This document shows, piece by piece, positions 12,497 through 25,809 of a stretch of DNA of 64,000 bases (its first letter is position 1; every line of letters begins with the position of its first letter). The stretch spans positions 24,304,001-24,368,000 of the forward strand of contig NC_043004.1 of NCBI RefSeq assembly GCF_006345805.1, given 5' to 3'. The notes beneath the pieces were generated by a model. It ran no database searches and was not told where the DNA came from. It saw only the letters and a program-made list of their open reading frames with translations. The stretch comes from Octopus sinensis (Eukaryota). Both the position numbers and the translations under genes were made by a program.

Positions 12497-13531
12497 TAGA
12501 TATGCTTCCGTTCAAATGAATTTGAAGTCTACGAAATAAATTATCAACAGATGGGAGTAATGTCCGGCGGATATGGTGGATGAGGCATCGTTTCCCGTTC
12601 AAACTGCTTCAGCCTTTCGAATATCATCCTTGCTGTATGTGGCCGAGCATTATCCCGATCGAAGTACCTGCTTTGTCTTGATACCAACGATGGGCATTTT
12701 TCTTCTAGTGCTGAATTAAGCCGCTCAATCTGCTCGCAGTTGATCTCCTGGGTTATTGTTTGTTTGGGGTTTAAATTGCAAAGTCGACTAAACATTTCAT
12801 ATCCCACCAGACAGATAACAACACCTTATGTGTGTGAAGAGATTTAACTAGGACTCCCGGTGCTTCTCCCTTCTATACCCACTGTCTTCGGCGCTTGACA
12901 TTTTTATAGAGAACCCATTTCTCGTCACCAGTCCCCAAAAGGTTCATTTGGGAGACATGACAGCAAAGAATACTCTTTCACTCTTTGTGCGCGGTTAAAC
13001 TTGGAAAATTTGTGAGAAACACATTGAGCCAATTTGCTAACTTTTCCGATGGCACACGTTATCGATGAATGGTTGAATTACCAAATCCAAGCTTCTCTGC
13101 TAATTCCTCAGCAGCTACGATAGGATTTTATTCTACTAGTGTTTGTACGATGTCCTCCATCGAGCTCTATAGATCTTCCAGGACGAGGCTCGTGTTCTAG
13201 GCTGTCGTTTCCGACTCGGTATTTCTGGAACTACCGATAACATCGGCTTACGCTTATTCTCTGATCCCCATATATCGTTGCGTTGTTGCCTTTATTGCAT
13301 TCATAAAGCACAATATGCCGAATATGCTCCTTTGTCATTTCCATTATAGCTTTGGAAAAATAGCTGTCAAAATTGAACTATACTCTTCAAACCTTGCACT
13401 AATAATAAGTACAAGGTAATATTACTACCTTCTTTTATAGCAAGTTGATGCAGGTAGTTTATCCCGCTCCCTCCGACTTTTAGTTCAGGTAATTGAGAAA
13501 AACTGCATTATGTTTTTGGGGTGACCCAATA
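12497..13531 (-). pseudogene. Mariner (DD34D-type) DNA transposon relic: 5' TIR plus about 80 percent of the transposase, frameshifted
   Basis: ATG at 13344 MEMTKEHIRHIVLYE.NKGNNAT; motifs EPRPGR, TGDEKWVLYKN, KVLLSVWWD, DNARPH, HPPYPPDITP; TIR tattgggtcacccc at 13531. Confidence 0.9.
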
Positions 13532-13547
13532 TGTTGTATGTTTACTT

Positions 13548-13905
13548 TATTACCTCCTTCTTCGCTATCGCGGAGGTATTGTTTTCAGACGTGTGTGTTT
13601 GTTTGTTTGCTAGTTTGCCCGTGGACAAGATAACTTAAGAAGCGCTGGATGTATTCGGATGAAACTTTCAGGAATGTTGTGCCTCGTTACTGGCACGAAT
13701 TGATTATATTTTGGGATCGATCTAGTTCCGGACAAGAATCTTGGATTATTTCTCCTGTTTTTTTTACTTAATTTCTGAGAGCGGTCGAGTTCATTTTTAG
13801 TAGTCTCGTTAGTGAGAGCAATCGAATTTATTTAAGATATTTTCACTTCAAAAATCAACGTTGAGAGAACGTTGGCGGAGGTTTGCGCTCTCTGAGTGCT
13901 CTTGT
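13548..13905 (+). mobile_element. Helentron-associated non-autonomous element (HINE/DINE-1-like)
   Basis: 5' ttattacctcc...ggaggt sub-terminal repeat/palindrome, internal (gttt)n, 3' ttggcggaggt followed by hairpin gcgctc-tct-gagtgc, T-rich flanks. Confidence 0.7.
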
Positions 13906-14468
13906 TTATTATATATTTACTTCATTTTATATTGTAGATTCAATAAAAATCACCACTATGGTCTAATTTCAAATCTTACTTCGTCAAAAACAATTTCATT
14001 TCTCACGACAGGAAAACATGTGCCGTTTTTGTACTGTGGTAAATTCAACGAAGTATGTTCGTCTACGAAAACACTAATGTAACAACTAAATTCAACAACA
14101 CATTGTATATGTAAATTGATAATATGATTTACTTGGTACAAGGCTAACGTTCAGATGATTGATGCAATGGATTAAATAGATGGGACATGTAATGTGCTAG
14201 CTCACATCGACAAATAATTATTTAGGGAAATTCATAAATTCGGATTTTTTAAGCTGGGACACGACAAACTGCTATGACCAAGACATTAAGATTCTCCTAT
14301 CTCTTGATATAAGAGACACATTGAAGAAAAATTTTAAATAATGGATAAAAAGTTTCATTAAGCATTGCATTTTTGATTAATGAGATACACAATTTACCTC
14401 TATAATATGCTTTACTATATATTGCTGACGTAATATTTACCAACATGATTAATTTCATCTTTTGGTTT

Positions 14469-14640
14469 TTACTTGTTTCAGTCTTTGGATTGCGGTCATG
14501 CCGGGGCATCGTCTTGAAGGGTCGAACCAAACAAATGAAACCCAGTATTGATTTTTAGTCCCTGTACTTATTTTATCGGATATTTTTGCTGAACCGCTAC
14601 ATAACGTCGGCGTAAACAAACCAGAGTCGTTTGTCAAAAG
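14469..14640 (-). mobile_element. SINE family S1, degenerate 3' half
   Basis: ttacttgtttcagtc.ttg..tgcgg.catgc.ggggca.cg is the reverse complement of the S1 3' end. Confidence 0.7.
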
Positions 14641-14777
14641 GTGTGTATATGGGGTGACAAACACTAACAGATTACTGAGCTTTGCATTTGTAAAAACGGA
14701 GCTACACACACGCACACGCACAAACAAACAAATAAGCAAACACACTCACAGACACACTTATATGTGTATGTATATAT

Positions 14778-14809
<32 letters not shown>

Positions 14810-17084
14810 ATATATATATATATACTGTCAAAACATTTTGAAAGATAATGTAGGGAACGAAAATTACGCATAGAATTCTAAGAAATGAAACTACGATGAA
14901 ACTACAAATGCAGAGCAAGACTCACACTATTGTATTACATCTGTATAAGCTTTGGAGCTGTCCCTCCAAAAATGTGTGTATATTTAAAAGAAGCTCTGCT
15001 TGTTGTAAGTTTGCAACGAATTTCACCGACCTTCTTAACTATCTATCTGCCTATCGCAGCCACACAGTCAGGTAGAAAGAACCTATGTGGTGGCTTGACT
15101 TGACAGGAATACTTATTAAATCCTTCTTAATAATTCCATGGTATTTAAAAAGAAAACAAGTTAGAATAGAAAATGTAGCTCTGTGGATGTTTTCTTTAAT
15201 ATAAGACAGGGTAGTTCTCGATGCAATGCTACTGGTTACAGTTTCTTCCAAACTCTATTCAGGTCTCCATTGTTTTAAAGCAGATTGCTCAAATATTATT
15301 TCTTGCTATATCTAGTGTATCTAGATTATTTGATCTTGTCACAATTTGTCCCAAATATAGTGAATGTAGAAGACCATGATATTAGAAATTACATACTGAA
15401 CCAAGGATTGGAATGAAGAGATAACGTTTGACGATCAGTAAACAGACTGGACAAAACTGGAAGATGCCAAGGTTTTGTTGAGGTGGTAGTGGTGATCTGA
15501 GATATCATCAATAATCAACACAGAATTTGGTTTAAAGTTATGTGATTTTCAACATTTTTTCATAGCTGTTATGTAATTTTCAACATATTTTCTATATACA
15601 AGAAATTCATAAAAGATTTATCATAATGCGATATATTAATGAAATGTAACAAAACGTAGATGTTATTAAATTAATTTCATTGTTATTTGTTTAATATTAC
15701 ACACATTAGATTTAAATCCATTTATTAAACCTATAGAAAAACTAAATTCATATCGTACCTTCCCTTTTGGCTTTGTATTTTGAAGACTCTCACATTTATG
15801 AGCCCGTAGAAATGAAAATTTACTTGAGTTTCGCGCACATGAATGAAGAAAAGTTGAAGCCATCTTGCTATCTTTTTCTATGTCTTATGTTTACAGCTTG
15901 TAAAAACCTCGTTATTAAATACAATATAATTATGATTAAACACAATTCATATTGTTTTTCTATTTCAACAAAACATTTTAGTTTCTATTCATGCAACGAA
16001 GGTAAGGTACACTGGTCAAAGTAGAACATTCGCACCCCGAAATGATTAATGAAATTAATTTAAGGATGAAAACTGCAATATCTCTTTATTCTGTAATTAA
16101 ATTCATATGATTGCGTACACTTTTGTCGATTTCTTTGTTGTCGCTGTTGATGATGATGACAATAGAATTATGGCTACTGTTTCACCGTACATCATCCCCG
16201 TCATCACGCTATTTCTTCTAATGTATCGGTTCTCAACCATTTTTTGCCTATGGACACCTTGATTCCTCTTTTATTTTGATGGAATCTATATCCATTTGAT
16301 GTATATAAAAATCATTCTATTTTTATAATTAATTTTATTAAGTATTGTATAAAAAATTAACATATTTTGTTTATTGTAGAAGTTTAACCAATTTATCGTG
16401 CAAAACATTTAACAATGAAATGTTATATAGACTTCCAACGGCCATATGGTCTACGGTTAAGGACCTTTGGTCTAATGTACCCATTAATATTCAAACCGAT
16501 AGATTTTGATAGAGAGGTCACTGCCGTCATAACCAACATTGTACTCCTACTTTCTAGCTATGCCACTCTCCTCATGTGCGTCACTCATTCGCTCTCAACG
16601 TCTGTCTTCCTCTGTGTCTCCCCCTCTCCCACTTCTCCCTCTCTTCCTTCCTCTCTGTTTTCATCCATTGCAAAGAAAAATAGACAAACACAACAGAAGA
16701 TACAGATTTCGACGACACACAAAGCTATTCTTGAATATTTTTGTCTTGAATATTTATTTTTTGACAGACAGAAGGCTGCGGTTTGGGGTAGAGGAGATTT
16801 GACTACTATTTCTCAAAATAAACTAAAGTCATATACAAAATATTTCAGGCAGATGCCGAACAATACATAGATGAATGATAATATATAGATGATCAGCATC
16901 ATATATATGTGTATGTGTGTGCGTGTGTGTGTGTATGTGTGTGTGTGTGTGTGTGCAAAATCAAAATAAGCAACAAAGATATCCAGAGGTTGCTTATTTT
17001 AATCACCTTACTTTGAAATTGTATGGATAATACCGTACTAAATTCTGGTGCCACAACTTAAGTACCATATACACCAGAATCTCT

Positions 17085-17127
17085 CTCCTCTCTCTCTCTC
17101 TCTATCTCTCTCCTCTCTCTCTCTCTC

Positions 17128-17212
<85 letters not shown>

Positions 17213-17460
17213 ATATATATGTGTGTGTGTGTATTGTTAATCATATAAAGAATACATGATGTATGATATAGATAGTAATATTTGAGATAAATTCATAATA
17301 ATAAAGCATAAATATATTGCAACTATAAGTTCATATATACAAGTACACTACACATTGAAAAAATTATATATTAATACGTAGCATGAATATATGTCACATA
17401 AATAAAAACAATATGATAACTAATGTTCCGACATATGTATATTATTATATATACATATAT

Positions 17461-17528
<68 letters not shown>

Positions 17529-17589
17529 GTATGTATATATACATACATATATACATACATATATACATACATATATACATACATATATA

Positions 17590-17630
<41 letters not shown>

Positions 17631-17691
17631 GTATATATGTATGTATATATGTATGTACATATATACATACATATATACATACATATATACT

Positions 17692-17724
<33 letters not shown>

Positions 17725-17800
17725 TATATATATCTATATATATATATAGAAGTATATTGTATGTATATATGTATGTAGGTATGTATGTATATATACATTG
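17085..17800. repeat. (CT)n/(TA)n/(TACA)n microsatellite cluster
   Basis: Direct inspection; a short unique spacer lies at about 17235-17430. Confidence 0.9.
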
Positions 17801-18328
17801 GTTGTCAAAATGTTTAATTCATAGGCTTTATTGGTATATGTTTTAATATGTCGGCGAATCTATATATGGGTGCATGTATATATGAATATACGTACATGTG
17901 TATATGTATGTGTATACGTATACATGAATATATAATCTATGTATATATTTGGCGTCACTAGAAAATTTCAGTTTAGATAGAGAATATAAAGAGGTGGAGT
18001 CTCTTACAGCTGTTTCCAGAATAGACAAGCATGTGGATAAATATATTGAATAAGGATTCCATAAGCTAGGTATATGATCATTAGAGATGAAGAAGCGAGG
18101 AAAATGTAAAAATGAAATATCCCCAATCGAGGGTACTAGTAATTTAAACAAAAGAACATAAGGATAAGCTTTCATTCAAATTTGCATTTAATACTTCAAA
18201 AGAAAAATAATGCTCAGACATGGATTATTCAAACGAAATCGTGGCTCGGTTTACCTGCTTACTATTGGAATGGTGCAACTCTGAGTAGCGGAAACAGAAG
18301 CCTTTATCGCTTCTGATGAATCAGCAAA

Positions 18329-18395
<67 letters not shown>

Positions 18396-18414
18396 TTCTC
18401 TCTCTCCATATATT

Positions 18415-18448
<34 letters not shown>

Positions 18449-19030
18449 GGCACAGGAGTGGCTGTGTGGTAAGTAGCTTGCTAACCAACCACATGGTTCC
18501 GGGTTCAGTCCACTGCGTGGCATCTTGGGCAAGTGTCTTCTGCTATAGCCCAGGGCCGACAATGCCTTGTGAGTGGATTTGGTAGACGGAAAATGAAAGA
18601 AGACTGTCGTATATATGTATATATATTATATAGGCACAGGAGTGGCTGTGTGGTAAGTAGCTTGCTAACCAACCACATGGTTCCGGTTCAGTCCACTGCG
18701 TGCATCTTGGGCAAGTGTCTTCTGCTATAGCCCGGGCCGACCAATGCCTTGTGAGTGGATTTGGTAGACGGAAAATGAAAGAAGACTGTCGTATATATGT
18801 ATATATATTTATGTGTGTGTGTGTGTTTGTGTGTCTGTGTTTGTCCCCCTAGCATTGCTTGACAACCGATGCTGGTGTGTTTATGTCCCCGTCACTTAGC
18901 GGTTCGGCAAAAGAGACCGATAGAATAAGTACTGGGCTTACAAAGAATAAGTCCTGGGGTCGATTTGCTCGACTAAAGGTGGTGCTCCAGCATGGCCGCA
19001 GTCAAATGACTGAAACAAGTAAAAGAGTAA
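18449..19030 (+). mobile_element. SINE family S1 (tRNA-derived, internal TA/GT microsatellite) with a tandemly duplicated 184-bp 5' half
   Basis: The head ggcacaggagtggctgtgtggtaag...ggttc occurs at 18449 and 18633; the 3' half ends gaaacaagtaaaagagtaaagag. Confidence 0.92.
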
Positions 19031-19673
19031 AGAGTAAAAGAGTATATGTATGTGTGTGTGGTGTGTGTGTGTGTGTGTGTTTGTTCAGAAGGTTGTTCTT
19101 TAATGGCTAGTCAGAGAGTGACCATTGGTTTTGGACTTACAAGGCGTTTAGCTTATAGACGACACGTCAGACTGAAATTACATATATATATATATATATA
19201 TATATGGTGATTGATGATATGCATGTACATGTGTATGTGTGTTTCAGTATGTGTACATGTGCTTGTGTACGTGTATGTGCATATATATACTATGTATGAA
19301 ATATTTCAAATTTCCATATAACATAAAATGATTATTAAACCCAAACCAAATTAACGCTTTTCTCTATTTTGTTGACAGCATGTGCTGGAAGTCGAAATCA
19401 ATTACCATAATGGTATAGAAAACATAATAGGTTGCTCTTTGAAAGTATCTATAAGATGATTCTAGTCTTCAGCCGTTTCTGCTACAACACTAACCATTCT
19501 CTCTCTTATATTTACATATATTTAACTACAGAGAAATATATCGAGCAAGTTGTGATATTTGACGACAGACAATGGGTGTGTAATAATCATCATAACAGCC
19601 ATAGCAAAACGCTTTGTAGAATTAATCTCGACTTCTTTTCCACAGTAATCGTATTCATTGTTTTCTTCCGCAG

Positions 19674-19762
19674 GATGGCGTATTCGATTTCCGGTGAAGG
19701 AATTCATCCAAGAATCGTAGACGATGTCGTAGAAATAATAGTAAATGAGAAAATGTGAAATG
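19674..19762 (+). other. Possible 89-nt exon (non-coding or unassigned)
   Basis: Acceptor ttgttttcttccgcag and donor aatg|gtaagt flank non-repetitive sequence, but all three frames contain stops. Confidence 0.2.
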
Positions 19763-19884
19763 GTAAGTCAATAGCCTGGGAATAACTTCTAGTTACGTCA
19801 AGACATCAGGACAGCCGACAACAGACAATCAAATATATTCATTGGCATTATTGTCTACATTTACACACATATGTATATATTTCA

Positions 19885-19956
<72 letters not shown>

Positions 19957-20159
19957 ACGAATGTAATTATTTTTCTTTGGTTCTTTTTTTCTTTCTGAAT
20001 AGATCATCTTAGACTTGAAAAGTTATTTATTCTGTATTCTTATTTGTTAGAATCTACATTCGTATTTCATTTCAATGAGTTTTATTTCAACAAACAGGAA
20101 ATACAAAAATCAATTCTTAACCTGGATATCTAGTTAATTTAAATACATTTTCGGCTTCC

Positions 20160-20208
<49 letters not shown>

Positions 20209-20235
20209 TTATTATTTTTATTATTATTATTATTC

Positions 20236-20446
20236 AGGTGGAGAGCTGCGGGAATTGCTACCGCGCCGGGCGAAATGCTTAGCGGCATTTTGTCCGTCTC
20301 TTTATTTCTGAGTTCAAACTCCGCTGAGGTCTACTTTGCCTTTCATCCTTCGGGGTCGATAAAATAAGCACCAGTGGAGTACTGGGTCGATGTAATAGAC
20401 TTATCCCCTCCCTCGAAATTGGTGGTCTTGTGCAAAATTTGAAACT
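20236..20446 (+). mobile_element. SINE family S3 (tRNA-derived)
   Basis: gccgggcgaaatgcttagcgg...gagttcaaa.tccgc.gaggtc.actttgcctttcatcctt.cggggtcgataaa, shared with 52284. Confidence 0.88.
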
Positions 20447-20459
20447 ATTTTCATTCATC

Positions 20460-20536
20460 TTTCTCCTCTTCTTTTTCTTCTTCTTCTTCTTCTTCTTCTT
20501 CTTCTTCTTCTTCTTCTTCTTCTTCTTCTTCTTCTT

Positions 20537-20584
<48 letters not shown>

Positions 20585-20608
20585 TTCTTCTTCTTCTTCT
20601 TCTTCTTC

Positions 20609-20640
<32 letters not shown>
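20460..20640. repeat. Compound (CTT)n-(ATT)n microsatellite
   Basis: Direct inspection; explains the poly-F/S/I and poly-N/R/E ORFs. Confidence 0.95.
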
Positions 20641-20643
<3 letters not shown>

Positions 20644-20669
20644 TGTATTATTATCATTAAGAAAGTGAG

Positions 20670-20935
20670 TTGCCACAACAGCTATCATGCCGAGTAAAAT
20701 GCTTATCGACGTTTCATCCATCTTTATGTTCTGAATTCAAATTCCGCCTTTCATCAATTAGGGGTCGATAAAATGAGTACCAGTTGAACAATGGTCTTCT
20801 TATAATCGACTTCTCCCCTCCCCCAAACTTGCTAACCTTGTGCCTTTCAAGAGTCGATGAAATACGCACTAGAGATCGATGAAATCGACTATCCCCCTCC
20901 CCAAAATTGTAGGACTTGTGCCTATACTAGTAAGG
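20670..20935 (+). mobile_element. SINE family S3, degenerate, with a repeated 3' segment
   Basis: gaattcaaattccgcctttcatc...ggggtcgataaaa; the aatcgact..cccctcccc.aaa..tgtgcct segment occurs twice. Confidence 0.65.
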
Positions 20936-21000
20936 ATTATTATTATTATTGTTGTTGTTGTTGTTGTTATCATTATCATTATCATCAGTATTATTATTAT

Positions 21001-21560
21001 TGAGTGAGAGAGCAGTGCATGCCATCAAAGTGACACAGGGGTAAAATATACGAAGCCCAGTATACCCATCATTACTAAACGTATGATAAGGGTACACCAG
21101 GCGCATGCATCACAACCATATATGCGCGACATGGTGATCTCATATCAAGATAAATAGCGCATGACCTTGCATGTGGGGCCCAGTTAGAATTTTCTTCTTG
21201 TCGAGTTGCCCACCCCGTTCAAAATGTCCCTGAATAAGGATTGTTTAAGGATGTTGAACGAACCACCCATGCTTCTAAAGGTGAATTATCCAAACCTCCA
21301 AGAATTCCTTTCAACACACGGTTATGATGCCCCCCCCCACTACTTCTGCTCGTGATAAGAGATGCACATATTGTCAACCATCAAGGGACATGATTCAACT
21401 GCTTAAGGTCAAATAACTGACAAGCAAATCTGTGGTATGGAGCAGAATATTAACTGTAGCCCATCTTTTATACCAAGACAAAACAATGTACATGATAACA
21501 CTTCCAATCAGTTAAGATCAGATGCCATGAGAGCCACTGCCTGGTACTGCATCAGGGCAT
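21001..21560 (-). mobile_element. TAA-tailed non-autonomous element, apparently full-length (~560 bp), (TAA)n on both sides
   Basis: The minus strand starts aatgccctgatgcagtaccaggcagtggctctcatggc and ends gctctctcactca-(taa)n; homologous to 5291 and 61253. Confidence 0.88.
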
Positions 21561-21711
<151 letters not shown>

Positions 21712-22318
21712 ATTTGTGATTATCATCGAAACCGCGGCGAAATCTTTCTTCTGAAGATACCGCATGCGTGTCATTCATATTGAATAAAACTTATAGTCCC
21801 CTGTTATATAACGTTGGCTGCATATAATTGATGTTAATGACTGTTGCCAGGATATTATACAGGAGAAATAAGGTAAATCAAACTAGACGAATGTTAATTA
21901 TGAACAACTACAAAACCTTTTATATTATACCCCTTCTTATGGTTGTTCTTAATTCCATTAAAGATTGCAATCTTAATACATTTCGAGTATGACATCGGGA
22001 TCACAGTATTTCATTTGAAACTGAGTTTAAAATGCTTGAGTTATCGCGTTCAATATCGAACCCCAATACATAACTAAAGAAACCTCACAAAAATAGATAA
22101 CGAATGCTCGGAAATGTGTAAACTTCAAAAGAATCGATATATTTCTTCTTCAAAGCTGACAATACCTTCCATAATACCCTGTTAAACTTCAAACACGACT
22201 TATACCGCTTTTGGTTGAATGTTAAAAGTTGGAAACAAGATGAAAGGATTCATCTTTTTTGTCATAAATTGGTTGCAAATTTTAGTATGATATATAAATT
22301 TAATACACACGCAAAGCC

Positions 22319-22414
<96 letters not shown>

Positions 22415-22799
22415 ATTAAATATGCGTAAATGTATATTAGGACTACTGAGACTGGTTTGTTGAAGTTATTGTGTATGGATCCGGTTGAAATGAGGCTATT
22501 ACTCTTTATATTATAATATATAAAACATTATGAAGACGAAAATAGATGTAAAATGCATTAGGTTAACATCGAATAGATAGATAGATACATACATAAATAC
22601 ATACATACATACATACATACATACATACATACATACATACATACATACATGAAAAGAATATGCATGAGATGAAAAAGCACCTTGACCTAGTTACACTCTC
22701 ACAAGATGTAAGGTTCGAATTTGGTCAGGATGAATGTTGTTATATGGTTGTGAAAGGAAGAAAACTATAAACCGGACTAGTAACATCTCCATCAATTAT

Positions 22800-23740
22800 T
22801 TGATTGTTTCCCCTGTATCTGACGAGGAATGTTACAGGTATCTACGGGTGGATGGAAATATATCTTACAATGGCACCTGTAACAAAACACGTGTCACTAA
22901 AGAATATTAGGATCCTTACCTTTTAACCTACAGATTTAAAAAATAATTTTTTGTAACTAAACACTTTCAAACTTCGGACACTGGTAGAATGTGTCATATA
23001 AAACATGTTTTACTCTTAGAATTTTTTAGAAAAACTTATATTTACGAATTAATTTCACCTTAAAATTCTCGTATTTAGGTAATTTCAACCAATCAATGAC
23101 GTGTACTCAGCTGAATAAAATTACTGCTGTAATGTGACAACCGATGCAGACTCTATGGAGTTCACAATGAAGATATCACCCACAGCATAAAGAGTTGTCC
23201 AAAAATGTCATCAAAGTTATATCTACCGATGAGACATGATGTTGTAGCTAGGAAAATCTATAATGAAATCAGTGGGAAGGATAATCCTGAGGACAAAGAA
23301 ATTTAGAACCTACAGTATGGTAGAAGCCATAGCTGTTTATAATAAAAAGGAATACTAGTGGAATATACCAGTGAATACCTCAATAAAATGTAAGCATAAC
23401 AGACCTGATATTATGAATTGGGATGAGAAAAGAGAAATTATCCACAGTTGTGGAAATTAGCTGCCCAGTGAATGTTAACATAAAGCTGAAGATCAGTTAA
23501 AAGGAGAACACCTATGCTGAAATATTGACAAATCTGCAGTTACACTATCCAGATTAGAAGTTCAAGTTTATACCTATAATTATATGGGTCCTGGGATATG
23601 TAGCACGCTGGCTAAATGCCAATCTTGAGGAATTAGGTTTCTCAAAATCAGAAAGGAAAAAGCTAATTCGAAGCTTGCTAATACAATCCATCACTGGAGT
23701 TGTAAAAACCAATAAAATTCTCCAGAAGTTAATCATTTAA
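22800..23740 (+). mobile_element. Second RLE-type (R4/Dong-like) LINE family, degraded 3' part, interrupted at about 22920-23120 by another repeat
   Basis: EECYRYLRVDGNISYNG..NKTRVTKEY (YKYLG-like); NRCRLYGVHNEDITH..SCPK..RHDVVARKIY (CCHC); KHNRPDI and FIPIII (RLE motifs). Confidence 0.75.
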
Positions 23741-24008
23741 ATATATATGAACATGTCTAGATATGCAACTATATGCGTGGGAGTGCATATACAAAACATA
23801 CAATTCTGCACAAACGTACATGCATACATACGTACATACATACATACATACATGCATACCGTATAAATACGAGATTAGAGCGTTTTAATATATTATATCA
23901 AGTGCCCCTTATGAAATATATTATACATTACCACCATTACAGAAGCACAGAGATACATACCCACACTCTTATATATACATACCCACACACATATATATTC
24001 TCTCTCTC

Positions 24009-24051
<43 letters not shown>

Positions 24052-24817
24052 AACATATATATATATATATATTTCTATATACATATATATTTGAAATATA
24101 TACCGGATATATAATTAGATATAAGAGTGCGTGTATGTATGTATGTATGCATGCATGTATGTATGTATGTATTTATTTATGTATAATTAACGATATTGAA
24201 TTGAAAACGGTGTAGAATTATTAAAATCGAAAGGTAAATAACATCATCATAATGAAATTATAATTTATAAAATCTTCGATAAAGAATTTTCTTGTTAACT
24301 TTTGCTTTTGTTTCAGCATGTTTTATTTCATTCTTTGAAAACATCTTAATAATGTTAATGACTGATTATATGCCAAGTCTCTTGTCTAAACAAATAACTC
24401 GTGTTATTGATAGAATAATTTTTAAAATCCAGTATTTCGTCGTCTTTAATAAGTTCTGAAACAATTTTAACAAAGTATATTAAAAACTGTATTTGAAGCT
24501 TATTTTAGATTTATTGTTTACAATTTATCTTCATTTTCCATCAATGTTTATAAATTTTTCAAACATTAAAGAAGGGATATGCATGTGAGATCAATTTATC
24601 GTTCAGAAAAGTTATAACAAAACTCTGTGATCAGATAAATAGAGAACTAAATAAAACTGTTGAACCTCTACATCAGCAACGATGGGTTACAACACACGAT
24701 TTTATGTTTGAGCGATTAAGAAGCTTGCTTCCCCTCTATGTGGTCATGGTTTCAAACAAGTTTTGATTTAATACATGGCAAGAGAAATAAAAAAAAATGT
24801 CGTATATGTGTGTGTGA

Positions 24818-24875
<58 letters not shown>

Positions 24876-24899
24876 TTGTGCATGCGTTTGTGTATGTCG

Positions 24900-25465
24900 G
24901 TCTACGCAAATAACCACGGAATACCTGACCTAAAAATATATTAAATGTAATAGGGACCAAAATAAAAGAACGGAACCTCAATGCTAAGAAGGATAGATAT
25001 AAAACAGAACCCACAAAGCAGCAGGAAAGGGTAGAATGAAAGGGACCGACAAACGTAGACAGAAATAGTAGACAGCCAGTAGAAACTGATAAAATGAAAT
25101 ACAATAACAAACTCAACATATATATCAAAAGAAATGGAAAATTAAATAACATAAAATTCGATAACATAAAACAAGATGGGGCTTACGGGTTAAAACATAG
25201 CAAAACAAGATAAACAACGATGGAATGATTGCAAATAGGAAGAATACAAGCTCATCCATAACAGAAACGGGTCCAAACAGCATCATACGATTTTCGGTGC
25301 AATCCATACCAAAGGAAAATCGGAGCACCATTACAGGAAGAGGAACAAATGTGACCATCAGTAATAACTCCGCTTACAAAACCGGAGATAATGTAACATG
25401 TAACTGCAGACGAAAAAATAAATGCAACTTAACTAGAATTGCATGATAATGAATGTGGTGTACTG
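24900..25465 (+). mobile_element. Penelope-like element remnant, RT-to-GIY-YIG linker region
   Basis: [13 protein letters not shown] followed, after a 1-nt frameshift, by CMIMNVVY, fitting the CNCR.K..CPL.G.C...NVVY linker; truncated by an S3 fragment at about 25460. Confidence 0.65.
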
Positions 25466-25556
25466 GGGTCGATATAATAGACTGGACCTCTCCTCCCAAA
25501 ATTTGGATCTTGTGCCTAGAGTAGAAAAGATTCTTATGATTACCATATACATATAT

Positions 25557-25589
<33 letters not shown>

Positions 25590-25590
25590 C

Positions 25591-25642
<52 letters not shown>

Positions 25643-25773
25643 TAAATATACTATATATATATACATACATATATATACATATATATATACATTTATATAT
25701 ATACACATACATATATGTATATATATACATTTATATATACAGACATACACAAACATATACACACACACGCATT

Positions 25774-25809
<36 letters not shown>

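Noticed and set aside
16415-16870. 151-aa plus-strand ORF
   Set aside because: It crosses a CT-rich tract and has no recognisable domain or convincing splice sites.
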